Below are positions 55,762 to 64,000 of a DNA stretch of 64,000 nt, in pieces; position 1 is the first letter of the stretch; each line of letters starts with the position of its first letter. The translations under genes were made by a program, and so were the position numbers. The notes beneath the pieces were generated by a model that was not told the DNA's origin, made no database searches, and saw only the letters and a program-made list of their open reading frames with translations. The DNA lies in contig JAPPDF010000080.1 of assembly GCA_028875575.1 (NCBI GenBank), forward strand, positions 93,940 to 157,939, written 5' to 3'. The DNA is from Acidobacteriota bacterium (GTDB taxonomy: Bacteria; Acidobacteriota; Terriglobia; Versatilivoradales; Versatilivoraceae).

Positions 55762-56514
55762 ATGTCCAAACCCAAACTGCTCATCACCGGCATCAACGGT
55801 CTCATTGGAAGGGTCCTGCGAGACCCTTTGAGTGATTCCTTCGAGGTCTACGGGCTGGATCTCACGCCGCCGTTTTCCGACCGGGTCCTCCAGGCCGATA
55901 TCGCCGACGCCCGCCAGGTGTCGCAGGCTCTCGACAAGCTGGCGGCGGTCCGATACGTCGTGCATCTGGCGGCCCAGATCGCCGTCGATACCGCTTGGGA
56001 GCCTGTGCTCCGGGTGAACATCCAGGGGACCCGCAACCTCTACGAGGCCGCCCGGGTGTCGGGGGTCAAACGGGTGGTCTTCGCCAGCTCGAACCACGTC
56101 ACCGGCGCCTACGAAGGCTTCGCGCCCAACCTGAATCTCCACCGGCAGGCGGAACCGGTTCCCATCACGGTGAGCCACCCCATGCGCCCGGACAGCGACT
56201 ACGGCGTCAGCAAGGCCTTCGGCGAGATTCTGGCCCGCTACTACTGTGCCCGTTGGGGAATGGAATCGATCTGCATCAGGATCGGATCGGTGCGCCGGGA
56301 CGACGATCCCACCACCGATCCCAGGTTTCTGCGCACCTGGCTGAGCCACCGCGACCTGGTCCACCTGGTGGAGTGCTGTCTGAGCGCCAATGTCACCTAT
56401 GGCGTCTACTACGGCATATCCAACAACAAGGGAGCCTTCTGGGATCTTTCCAATGCCCGGGCCGAGCTGGGCTATGCCCCCCGGGACGACGCCTCGCGGC
56501 GCATTACCGGATAG
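55762..56514 (+). CDS. NAD-dependent epimerase/dehydratase-fold SDR, uronate dehydrogenase-like
   Basis: LLITGINGLIG, VVFASSNHVTGAYEG and RPDSDYGVSKAFGEILARYY...IRIGSV resemble the Udh-type pattern (VFASSNH...RPD..YGVSK.FGE.LAR.Y...RIGS). Confidence 0.65.
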   Translation: MSKPKLLITGINGLIGRVLRDPLSDSFEVYGLDLTPPFSDRVLQADIADARQVSQALDKLAAVRYVVHLAAQIAVDTAWEPVLRVNIQGTRNLYEAARVSGVKRVVFASSNHVTGAYEGFAPNLNLHRQAEPVPITVSHPMRPDSDYGVSKAFGEILARYYCARWGMESICIRIGSVRRDDDPTTDPRFLRTWLSHRDLVHLVECCLSANVTYGVYYGISNNKGAFWDLSNARAELGYAPRDDASRRITG

Positions 56515-56622
56515 GCGTGTGACTCCCCTCTCGAGGGGGAGTCGCGGAAGCCGTGCCGCGGCCGACGGCTGATGCAGCAAGGGGAGCAGCACCTTTATTT
56601 CCAACCAGGGTGAGGAGGAGCC

Positions 56623-57876
56623 ATGCAACCGAAAAACCGCCTTTGGGGCCGCCGCCGCTTCCTGTCGGGAGCTGCCTGGCTCTCGACGTCTCCGACTTGG
56701 CTGGCCGCCGCCGGGCTTGAACGGACAGCGACCTCGCCTCCAGGAACGGAAGACAATGTCTACAGCCGCCTGGGAGTCCCCACCTACATCAACGCCCTGG
56801 GGACGGTCACACGGCTGGGGGGAACCATCATGCCGGCCGAGGTGGTCCGGGCCATGGACGAGGCCGGACAGCACTTCGTCCCTATGGCCGATCTCCACGA
56901 AAAAGTGGGCGAGCGCCTCGCCCGACTGATTGGCGTGGAGGCCGCCACCGTCACCAGCGGGGCCGCTGGCGCCATCACCCAGGGAACCGCGGCTTGCGTC
57001 ACCCGGGGAGACCCGGACAGGATGGCCCAACTGCCCGACACCACCGGCATGCCCAACCAGGTCATCATCCAGAAATCACACCGGGAAGCCTACGAAGCCC
57101 AGATCAAGCTGGTGGGCACCCGGGTCGTGGAAGTCGAGACCATCGACCAGTTGGAAGCCGCCATCAATCCCGGGACCGCCATGCTCTTCTTTATCAACAC
57201 CTTCACCCCCAAGGGCCGGATCGATCGGCAAACCTGGGTTGCCATGGGAAAGAAGCATGGGGTTCCCACTTTCAACGACGCCGCCGCCGACGTGCCCCCC
57301 AAGGGGCGGCTGTCCGAGTATGTCAGTATGGGGTTCGACCTGGTGACCTTCAGCGGCGGCAAGGGCTTGCTGGGGCCCCAGAGTTCCGGCCTCCTGCTGG
57401 GCCGCAGGGACCTGGTAATGGCCGCCAGGCGGTGCGGGAGCCCTTGGGGCGGCATTGGCCGGGGCATGAAGGTCGGCAAGGAGGAGATGATCGGCCTGCT
57501 GGCGGCGGTGGAACGCTACCTCAAGATAGACCACCAGGCGGAGAAACGCCTTCTCCAGTCCCGGGTGGACACCATCGCCTCGTCTCTGGCCTCCATCCCG
57601 GGGGTGCACGCCGAGAGCTTTGTCCCGGAGATCGCCAACCACGTCCCCCACCTCAGCCTGGAGTGGGACTATGACCAGATCTCCATCACCACTGCCGAGG
57701 CCTCAGGGCTGCTCAAGCAGGGCAATCCGCCGATCGAGACGGGGGGCCACCGCTGGCTGCGGCCCAAGAGCCAATCCCCGAAAAACATGCAGGGCCTGAC
57801 CGTTTCCGTCTGGATGCTTCGACCGGGAGAGGACCGGATTGTTGCCGAGCGCCTGAAATCGCTGTTGGCCGGCTAG
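56623..57876 (+). CDS. Tat-signal SelA-like/DgaE-like PLP-dependent enzyme
   Basis: SD GAGGAGGAG. Tat motif GRRRFLSGAAWL. FSGGKGLLGPQSSGLL resembles the PLP-lysine region of the SelA / D-glucosaminate-6-phosphate ammonia-lyase family. Confidence 0.6.
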   Translation: MQPKNRLWGRRRFLSGAAWLSTSPTWLAAAGLERTATSPPGTEDNVYSRLGVPTYINALGTVTRLGGTIMPAEVVRAMDEAGQHFVPMADLHEKVGERLARLIGVEAATVTSGAAGAITQGTAACVTRGDPDRMAQLPDTTGMPNQVIIQKSHREAYEAQIKLVGTRVVEVETIDQLEAAINPGTAMLFFINTFTPKGRIDRQTWVAMGKKHGVPTFNDAAADVPPKGRLSEYVSMGFDLVTFSGGKGLLGPQSSGLLLGRRDLVMAARRCGSPWGGIGRGMKVGKEEMIGLLAAVERYLKIDHQAEKRLLQSRVDTIASSLASIPGVHAESFVPEIANHVPHLSLEWDYDQISITTAEASGLLKQGNPPIETGGHRWLRPKSQSPKNMQGLTVSVWMLRPGEDRIVAERLKSLLAG

Positions 57877-57890
57877 AGAGGACAACCAAG

Positions 57891-59228
57891 ATGCTTCATC
57901 AACGACTGGCTGAACTGGAGAGAGAGGGGCGGCCCATCCGGGTCGGAATCATCGGCGCCGGAACCTTCGGAACCCAAATCGTGGCCCAGACCTGCCGTAT
58001 ACAGGGCATGCGGGTCGCGGCCATTGCCGACCTCAAGCTGGAACGGGCAGTCCGGGCCCTGAGCCTCGGGGGTGTCCCCCGCGAGGACATCCAGGTCGCC
58101 AAAACGGCCGGCGAGATCGACCGGGCCATGGATGGGGATCGCCCGGCCGTGACCGCCGGAGCCGAAGAGCTGCTCGGCAGCCGGGTGGACGTGGTGGTGG
58201 AAGCCACCGGAATTCCCGAGGTCGGTGCGGCCAACGGCTATCGGGCTATCCGGCAGAAGAAGCACCTGGTCATGGTAACGGTGGAAGCCGATATCCTGGT
58301 GGGGGCCCTGCTCAAACGGATGGCCGATCAAGCCGGCCTTCTTTACAGCATGGCCTATGGTGACGAGCCCGCCCTTGCCGCCGAGCTCTGCGACTGGGCG
58401 CGGACGCTGGGGTTCAAGCTGATCGCCTCCGGCAAGGGCACCCGCTTCAAGCTGTCCTTCCGCAAGGCCAATCCAGACGACGTCCCCAGGATGTACGGCT
58501 TCAAGGGCAAGGACTACAACGCCAGCATGTTCTGCTCTTTCCTGGACGGCACCAAGCACTCCATCGAGATGGCGGCCCTCTCCAACGCCACCGGCCTGAT
58601 CCCCGACATCCGCGGGATGCACTTCCCCACGGCGGATTTGCGAGAAATCCCCGACAAGCTCTGCCGCAGGGAGCTGGGCGGCGTTCTGGAGAATGATGGG
58701 GTGGTGGAGGCCGTCAGCTCCATCTTTCCCGACGACTCCCCGGTGGAGCGCAGCCTGCGTGGAGGTCTCTATGCGGTGGTCGAAGGTCAGGACGACTTTC
58801 CGGTGGAGTCGATGGCCTCCTACGGAGAAATTACCGGCATGATCATCGGCGCCAGGAGCAAGCACGCCATGATCTACCGACCCCAGCACTTCATCGGGCA
58901 CGAAGTCCCCATCGGGATCGCGCGCATGATGATCCACCGGGAGCCGGTGGCCTCGGTGATCGGGCAGATTTCCGACGTGGTGGCGGCCGCCAAGAAGCCC
59001 CTGAAGGCGGGAACCGTTCTGGACGGAGAGGGGGGCTACGCTACCTATGGCATGGTCGAGCGTGCGGAGATAGTCCGGGAGGAACGATTGGTTCCCATCG
59101 GACTGACCCACGGCGCCGAAGTGCTCGAGGACATCCCGGAAGATGGCATGATCACTTACGACAACGTGAGGCTGGTGGATTCGGAGCTCCTGCAACTCAG
59201 AAAGAAACAGGACGAAATGGACGGATAG
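57891..59228 (+). CDS. NAD(P)-binding oxidoreductase with C-terminal SAF domain (homoserine-dehydrogenase-like, COG4091-type)
   Basis: VGIIGAGTFG Rossmann motif. The 445-aa length and the C-terminal KPLKAGTVLDGEGG SAF-like segment fit this type. Confidence 0.6.
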   Translation: MLHQRLAELEREGRPIRVGIIGAGTFGTQIVAQTCRIQGMRVAAIADLKLERAVRALSLGGVPREDIQVAKTAGEIDRAMDGDRPAVTAGAEELLGSRVDVVVEATGIPEVGAANGYRAIRQKKHLVMVTVEADILVGALLKRMADQAGLLYSMAYGDEPALAAELCDWARTLGFKLIASGKGTRFKLSFRKANPDDVPRMYGFKGKDYNASMFCSFLDGTKHSIEMAALSNATGLIPDIRGMHFPTADLREIPDKLCRRELGGVLENDGVVEAVSSIFPDDSPVERSLRGGLYAVVEGQDDFPVESMASYGEITGMIIGARSKHAMIYRPQHFIGHEVPIGIARMMIHREPVASVIGQISDVVAAAKKPLKAGTVLDGEGGYATYGMVERAEIVREERLVPIGLTHGAEVLEDIPEDGMITYDNVRLVDSELLQLRKKQDEMDG

Positions 59229-59457
59229 TCGAGCGGCTGTTGTCGGTTCCGAGCGAGACGTCCCATTGTCCCGGGTGGGCGCCGCGACCTGCTCCCGGTC
59301 GCCTCCAGGGCCCGGAAGCCGCTTGAGGCCCCCTTCCAAAAGGGCTATAGTTCTAATTGTTGTCACTTGCGAGGGGTCGTGGCGAGAAGCCACGGTCCGG
59401 TCAGCAGCTTGGCCTTGCAGCCGGACCGGGACCCATTCCCTGGAGTCCGTTGTGAAC

Positions 59458-61476
59458 ATGAGTGTCCGTACCCCCATCAGGCGTCGCCGGCCCAAGCAGG
59501 GACCGGTGGTGCTGGCGCTGTTTCTGCTGACGGTGATGGTCGGCTCTTACCAGGCCCCAGCGACCGTCCCCGTCCCGCAGGAAGGCCGGTCGACCCAGCA
59601 GGAACCCGCTGGCGAGAGCCCTCGTTTCACCTACCGGGGTGAACAGGGATGCGCCGACAACGATGGGGTTCAGGGGCTCAATCCCGATTTTCGAGGGGAG
59701 TGCGGCGACCTCCGGAAGGCTGATCTGTTCAAGACCGACCTGCAGGGCAGCAACCTGTCCGGCGCCAATTTGTCGGGCGCATCCCTGACCGACGTCAATC
59801 TCCAGGGAGCAAAACTGGTTGGAGCCAGGCTCATCGAGGCCATCCTCACACGAACCGACCTGCGGGAAGCCGACCTGACCGGCGCCGATCTGACGGGCGC
59901 CCACGTTTCGCGAACCCAGTTTCAGGGAGCCAGGCTCAATCGAGCCAACTTGAGCGAGGCCGTCATCCGAAACACCGACCTGCGGGGCGTCGAGCTGGAT
60001 CAGGCGCAGTTCTCACGGATGATCCTGTTCGGGGTCAACCTCAGCGGGGTCGACTTGAGCCAGAGGAGCTGGGAAGGAGTGGAAGTCTCTTCCTCCGACC
60101 TCAGCCGGGCGGTGCTCACCGGACTCAACTTTCGAAACGGGTTTTCCGACAAGGTGGACTTCATGCAGGCCGACCTCGGTCAGGCCGACTTCACCAAGGC
60201 GGAGGTGTACCGCGGCAACTTCATCGGAGCCAATCTTCGGGAAGCCAAGCTCTCCCAGAGCCAGCTGACTCAAGCCAATCTGACCGGGGCTCAGCTGGAG
60301 AAGGCCGATCTCAGCCAGGCCAACCTGACACAGGCCGACCTGAGCGACGCCTCCCTGGCCCAGGCAAACCTGAACAAGGCCACCCTGGACGAGGCGCTGC
60401 TGACAGGAGCCGATCTGCAGAACGCCGACCTGTCGGGAGCTTCCCTGTCGGGGAGCGATCTCAAGGAGACCGACCTGCGGGGAGCCGACCTGACCGGGGC
60501 GGTGGTCGGAGATGAGGGCCGAGTCCTGGCGACCGGCAACCCCGACGCTCCCCTGCTGCGCCCAACCGAAGTGGCGGGGGCAACCTGCGATCAGGCGACG
60601 CAACTGCCCGACAAGTTGCTATGCAAGAAGCAGGCCCTGGAATTTGTGGCCTCGGCCCGGGTGGTCAAGGTCTCCCGCAAACGCCCCCGGCGCGTCGCCG
60701 CCAAAGCGTCAGACCTGATGAAGCCGGGAACCAGGCCCACCAGCAAAAACTGGCCGCTGTTCCTGAAGACCGTTCGCGCCAGGACCTTTGACTATGAGCG
60801 CAAACTGCCTGAATTCGTCTGCAACCAGACCACCCGCCGCTACCGCCAGATCGGCCGGGGGGGATGGACGCAGGAGGATTTCCTGGCTCACGAACTCTCC
60901 TATCACGACAAGCAGAAGCATTACCGGAACGTGGGCGCCAGCAGAGCTGCTCCCCAGACGGCAGGCGAGTTCGGTCCCGCCATCGCCGAGCTCTTCTCCC
61001 CTCAATCCCAAGCCATTCTGGAACTGGAACGCCTGGAAAAAATCAGCGGCCGCGAAGTGGCGCGCGTCCGCTTTAGTGTCGCGTCCGAGCACTCCAAACG
61101 AACCCTCCGCGTCAGCGACGAGGAATCCGTCACCTTCGGGTATGAGGGACAATGTTGGATCGACCTCAAGGACTTCCAGGTGGTGCGGTTTCGCGCCAAG
61201 GACACCGAGATCCCCAAGGATTCCCCCATCAAGGCCTACGAGCTCAGCATCGACTACAAGAAGATTGGAATCGGCAAGCGATCCTACTACCTTCCGACCA
61301 GAATGCAGGAGACGGTGAGGACCAGCTTCATCGGAAACAGAAATCTAGGCCTGATTGCTTCTGAGGGAGGCCCGGGGTCCCCGGTGCAGTCGAGAAATTT
61401 CGACAACATTTCCACGCGGTTCGTGACTCTCTTCGGCAAGTACCGGGACTACGCGCAGCGCGCGAAGGCCAATTGA
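59458..61476 (+). CDS. Pentapeptide-repeat protein with N-terminal TM/signal and ~290-aa C-terminal domain of unknown function
   Basis: ATG at 59458. Hydrophobic VVLALFLLTVMVG. About 330 aa of A(D/N)LxG-type pentapeptide repeats (ANLSGASLTDVNLQGAKL...ADLTGADLTGA...). I do not recognise the C-terminal part (FDYERKLPEFVCNQTTRRY...). Confidence 0.7.
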   Translation: MSVRTPIRRRRPKQGPVVLALFLLTVMVGSYQAPATVPVPQEGRSTQQEPAGESPRFTYRGEQGCADNDGVQGLNPDFRGECGDLRKADLFKTDLQGSNLSGANLSGASLTDVNLQGAKLVGARLIEAILTRTDLREADLTGADLTGAHVSRTQFQGARLNRANLSEAVIRNTDLRGVELDQAQFSRMILFGVNLSGVDLSQRSWEGVEVSSSDLSRAVLTGLNFRNGFSDKVDFMQADLGQADFTKAEVYRGNFIGANLREAKLSQSQLTQANLTGAQLEKADLSQANLTQADLSDASLAQANLNKATLDEALLTGADLQNADLSGASLSGSDLKETDLRGADLTGAVVGDEGRVLATGNPDAPLLRPTEVAGATCDQATQLPDKLLCKKQALEFVASARVVKVSRKRPRRVAAKASDLMKPGTRPTSKNWPLFLKTVRARTFDYERKLPEFVCNQTTRRYRQIGRGGWTQEDFLAHELSYHDKQKHYRNVGASRAAPQTAGEFGPAIAELFSPQSQAILELERLEKISGREVARVRFSVASEHSKRTLRVSDEESVTFGYEGQCWIDLKDFQVVRFRAKDTEIPKDSPIKAYELSIDYKKIGIGKRSYYLPTRMQETVRTSFIGNRNLGLIASEGGPGSPVQSRNFDNISTRFVTLFGKYRDYAQRAKAN

Positions 61477-61719
61477 CCCCCTCCCCGGCCGGTGACGGCG
61501 GGGTCGACCCGACAGATCCGCAGCCGTTCTCCCGGATAGAGATCCCTGCCAGGAGAAGCCCTGGCCGGAATCGATGGCGCCATTGGACAAGCCAGTCAAT
61601 GCCATCGAGGTTGCCTGCGTGATAGTGAAGAAGGCACCGTGAGACACCTCAACCGAAGTACTGGTGGCGCCGGTTCATCGGCAGCCATCTTGAGAGGTAT
61701 CGATAATTCACCGGCGGGC

Positions 61720-64000
61720 CTACCCAAGCACGATTACTTCGGGTTCTTGCATGCCTAGCGTGGCTGCCGCCTTCTGAAAAAGATCGACGATCGTCGGATG
61801 GCAGGTAAAAACAAGCACTTGGTTGGACTGGGACAACTCCACGAAGGCTCGGGCGGCCCGCAGTCCGCGTTCGGGATCGAAGTTCACCAACGCCTCGTCC
61901 ACGATCACCGGCAGCGTTTCCGACCGCTGGCCCAACTCCCGGATAAGGCCGAACCTGAGCGACAGGAACAACTGCTCCCGCGTGCCCCGGCTAAGCTGGT
62001 TGGGCTGTTTGGAGACGCCCGAGGAATCGGTAACGTGTATCTCCGAACTACCAAGCGGGGAGAACACCGTTTGGTATCGCCCACCTGTAATGCCCTTGAA
62101 AAACGATTCGGCGTGGCGTACGACTTCAGGCTGGCGTTCTCTCTCAAACTTGGCCTGCGCATCCTTGAGTAGGTTCTGGGCCATGGTTCGAATGGCCCAG
62201 TCCCGCGCGTTGCCGCGGACCTCCTCCAACAGTCTCTGACGCTCCGCCCGCAGCTTTGACGATTCCTCCTCGCTGGTCAGATTCTTGAGGTCTTTTTGGA
62301 TCGATCCTTGCCTGTTGGACAACTCCCCTATATGTGCGTTGGCGTTGTCAATTTCTTTCTTGGCCGAGCTCGCTTGATCGCGGATCGCCTGGATATCCGT
62401 TTCGCCGAGTTGCTTCTTCAGGGCTTCGAGCGGGTCACCGGGACCGCTGAGGCGTTGTAACCGTCCCAGTGCGCCACGCCGCTCGTCTTCCAGTTCGGTT
62501 CGCCGGCGCACGATCTGTGCCCGCTTGCGAAAGTCCTCGGACTCATCGGCGCCGCCGGATTGGAGCAGACCTCTCATCTCTTCCTCCGCCCTCTGGAGAT
62601 CGCTCTCTCTCGCCTTCAATTGCTCCTCTGCCTTCCTGAAAGCGGCCTCCGCGTCCATCCGATCTCCCATTTTCTGCTCGACGTCGGCATGCATCTCGAT
62701 CAGCCTGTCAGCAGCCCCGGCCACCCGGCCCGACTCCGTCCTGTCCAATGGAATCTCGAAGGCCGCCGCCAAAGGCGTGGCGATAGCGACGTAGTTGTCG
62801 ATATCCCGCTGAATCGCGTCTATGCGCTGACGCCAGCGTTGCACATTGAGAAGCTGAGTCAGGCCGAGTTCCACCTTGCTCCGAAGCTCGACCACGGTCT
62901 CTGGAAGGAAGTCGTCCCGCAGACGGCGCGCTAGGAGCCACTTCCGCCATTTCCCCTGAACGGATGCGAGTGCGCGCTCAGTCTCTTCGGCAGCTTTCTG
63001 GGACTCCTCCACCCTGCTCTTCCTCCGCCGGGCCAACTCTCTGACACCATCAAGTTCTCTGGATAGACGTGCGTTTTCCGTGTCAGTACCGGTAGATGGC
63101 CAGCCGGATGCGAACAAGTAAGCCGCCACAGCCGCCAGCGCGACACCGGCGACAAGCCCTACGGGGAAAGCAGGTCCGCCAAGTACCGTCCCCAAGGCCA
63201 ACAGCGCGATGCCGGCAGCAACGCAGACGGCTGGCAACACCTTGCTGCCGTTCTTGCGACTGACCGGCTTGACAGCAGCCTCGAACTCCCGTTCGGCCTT
63301 GCCCTCAGCCTCAAGGGCGTCCTCCCACAGTGTCCTTTTCTGACTTTGATCGGACTTGCGCCGATCAAGTTCCTCGCGCGCCTCCCGCAGGCGTTCCCGG
63401 AATTGTGAGATATCCTCGCGGACGGCCAGGGACAGGTCGAAGCTCTCCAGGCGGGCTTGGTTCCAGTCAGGCCCCGGGTCCTTCAGGGTCGCGGACAGGG
63501 CGTTCTCGTGATCTTCGAATTCATCCTTGCGTTTGGGCAGGTCGCGGTCGGATTTACCGAAGGAGGTGCGATCCTGTTCCAGTTTTCGGATGTCAGTTGA
63601 ATAGTTGAGGATAGCCTCATGCTCCACCACCGCGTCCGCTTTGGCTTTGGCTTCCCCAACCGCCTCCTTTGCGGAGTCGTATTCCTCCTGCCTGGTCCTG
63701 ATCCGCTCTTCCAGTGTTTCCAGGCGGCCCACGCCGTTTACAGGAAAATCGTCAATAGCCGGCAACTCGGCCAGTTGCCCCTCGAACTGGTTGAGGTCGT
63801 TCCAGTCGTCCCAGGCACTCTCCAACTGCTTCTGGTGACCGAGTTCCGACTGATGCTCCTGGCGGTGTCCGCTCAGTCGCTCAAGCTCCTCGTCGACCTC
63901 CTTTAGTTGGGAGGTGAGGCTTGAGTAGACCTCAGCGTTGTCTGCAACTACCGCAAGCTTGGAGTCAATCTTGCTGAGTTCGTTGCCCGCCAGGATGATC
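61720..64000 (-). CDS. YhaN/SbcC-like SMC-type AAA ATPase with internal TM hairpin; N-terminus runs off the window end
   Basis: The frame upstream of the listed TTG (63825) stays open to nt 64000 (my translation: ...ELERLSGHRQEHQSELGHQKQLESAWDDW). Long coiled coils. Internal hydrophobic pair VLPAVCVAAGIALLALGTVL / VGLVAGVALAAVAAYLF. ABC-signature-like QLSRGTREQLFLSLRFGL and Walker B LPVIVDEALVNFD at the C-terminus. Confidence 0.7.
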   Translation of the reverse strand, partial: IILAGNELSKIDSKLAVVADNAEVYSSLTSQLKEVDEELERLSGHRQEHQSELGHQKQLESAWDDWNDLNQFEGQLAELPAIDDFPVNGVGRLETLEERIRTRQEEYDSAKEAVGEAKAKADAVVEHEAILNYSTDIRKLEQDRTSFGKSDRDLPKRKDEFEDHENALSATLKDPGPDWNQARLESFDLSLAVREDISQFRERLREAREELDRRKSDQSQKRTLWEDALEAEGKAEREFEAAVKPVSRKNGSKVLPAVCVAAGIALLALGTVLGGPAFPVGLVAGVALAAVAAYLFASGWPSTGTDTENARLSRELDGVRELARRRKSRVEESQKAAEETERALASVQGKWRKWLLARRLRDDFLPETVVELRSKVELGLTQLLNVQRWRQRIDAIQRDIDNYVAIATPLAAAFEIPLDRTESGRVAGAADRLIEMHADVEQKMGDRMDAEAAFRKAEEQLKARESDLQRAEEEMRGLLQSGGADESEDFRKRAQIVRRRTELEDERRGALGRLQRLSGPGDPLEALKKQLGETDIQAIRDQASSAKKEIDNANAHIGELSNRQGSIQKDLKNLTSEEESSKLRAERQRLLEEVRGNARDWAIRTMAQNLLKDAQAKFERERQPEVVRHAESFFKGITGGRYQTVFSPLGSSEIHVTDSSGVSKQPNQLSRGTREQLFLSLRFGLIRELGQRSETLPVIVDEALVNFDPERGLRAARAFVELSQSNQVLVFTCHPTIVDLFQKAAATLGMQEPEVIVLG

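Noticed and set aside
57873-59495. 540-aa minus-strand ORF. The same reasoning applies to 9642..10841, 11495..12814, 14014..15237, 17967..19205, 55741..57030 and 45911..47131.
   Set aside because: All lie antisense to genes with strong motif support. Open antisense frames are expected at this GC content.

Overview
This is a high-GC bacterial chromosomal segment, probably from an Acidobacteria-like genome. That origin is inferred from a VWFA-related Acidobacterial-type N-terminal motif and from many Tat-exported Gfo/Idh/MocA-like, ThuA, PQQ/heme dehydrogenase and BNR/sialidase-type proteins. I ran no similarity search. I call 46 protein-coding genes (two run off the window edges), one tRNA-Gly(CCC), one strong intrinsic terminator and a few candidate promoters. 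Most genes handle carbohydrate or sugar-acid uptake and breakdown:
- An AttEFGH-like ABC export set.
- A CUT2-type sugar ABC importer with a fused ATPase-permease.
- A GH33 sialidase, a BNR protein and a GH109-like oxidoreductase.
- A PQQ/heme sugar dehydrogenase, a lactonase, an HpcH aldolase, a uronate-dehydrogenase-like SDR and a class I fumarase/tartrate dehydratase.

Housekeeping genes are also present: a Rieske/cytochrome b-c complex, an MltD-like lytic transglycosylase, a deoxyhypusine-synthase-like protein and a GT9 heptosyltransferase.

I found no CRISPR array, rRNA, integrase, transposase, reverse transcriptase or recognisable multi-gene defence system. I therefore cannot point to a clear novel protein-coding system.

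The most unusual signal is non-coding. At least seven intergenic elements (about one per 8 kb) have arms built from phased tandem words of 7, 9 or 10 nt, with reverse-complement words on the opposite arm, around non-coding cores. Three solo word arrays sit directly after stop codons or genes.

Other items worth a second look:
- A perfect 22-bp inverted repeat pair in the sialidase/GH109 divergent region.
- Duplicated REP-like hairpin units.
- A translationally coupled pair of uncharacterised Tat-exported paralogs.
- A tandem pair of small beta-barrel-like paralogs.
- A 535-bp low-GC non-coding gap upstream of a small membrane protein.
- Two orphan antitoxins, one next to a PIN toxin remnant.

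Coordinates of non-coding features were counted by hand and may be off by 1-2 nt. Long antisense ORFs in the supplied track are treated as high-GC shadow ORFs.
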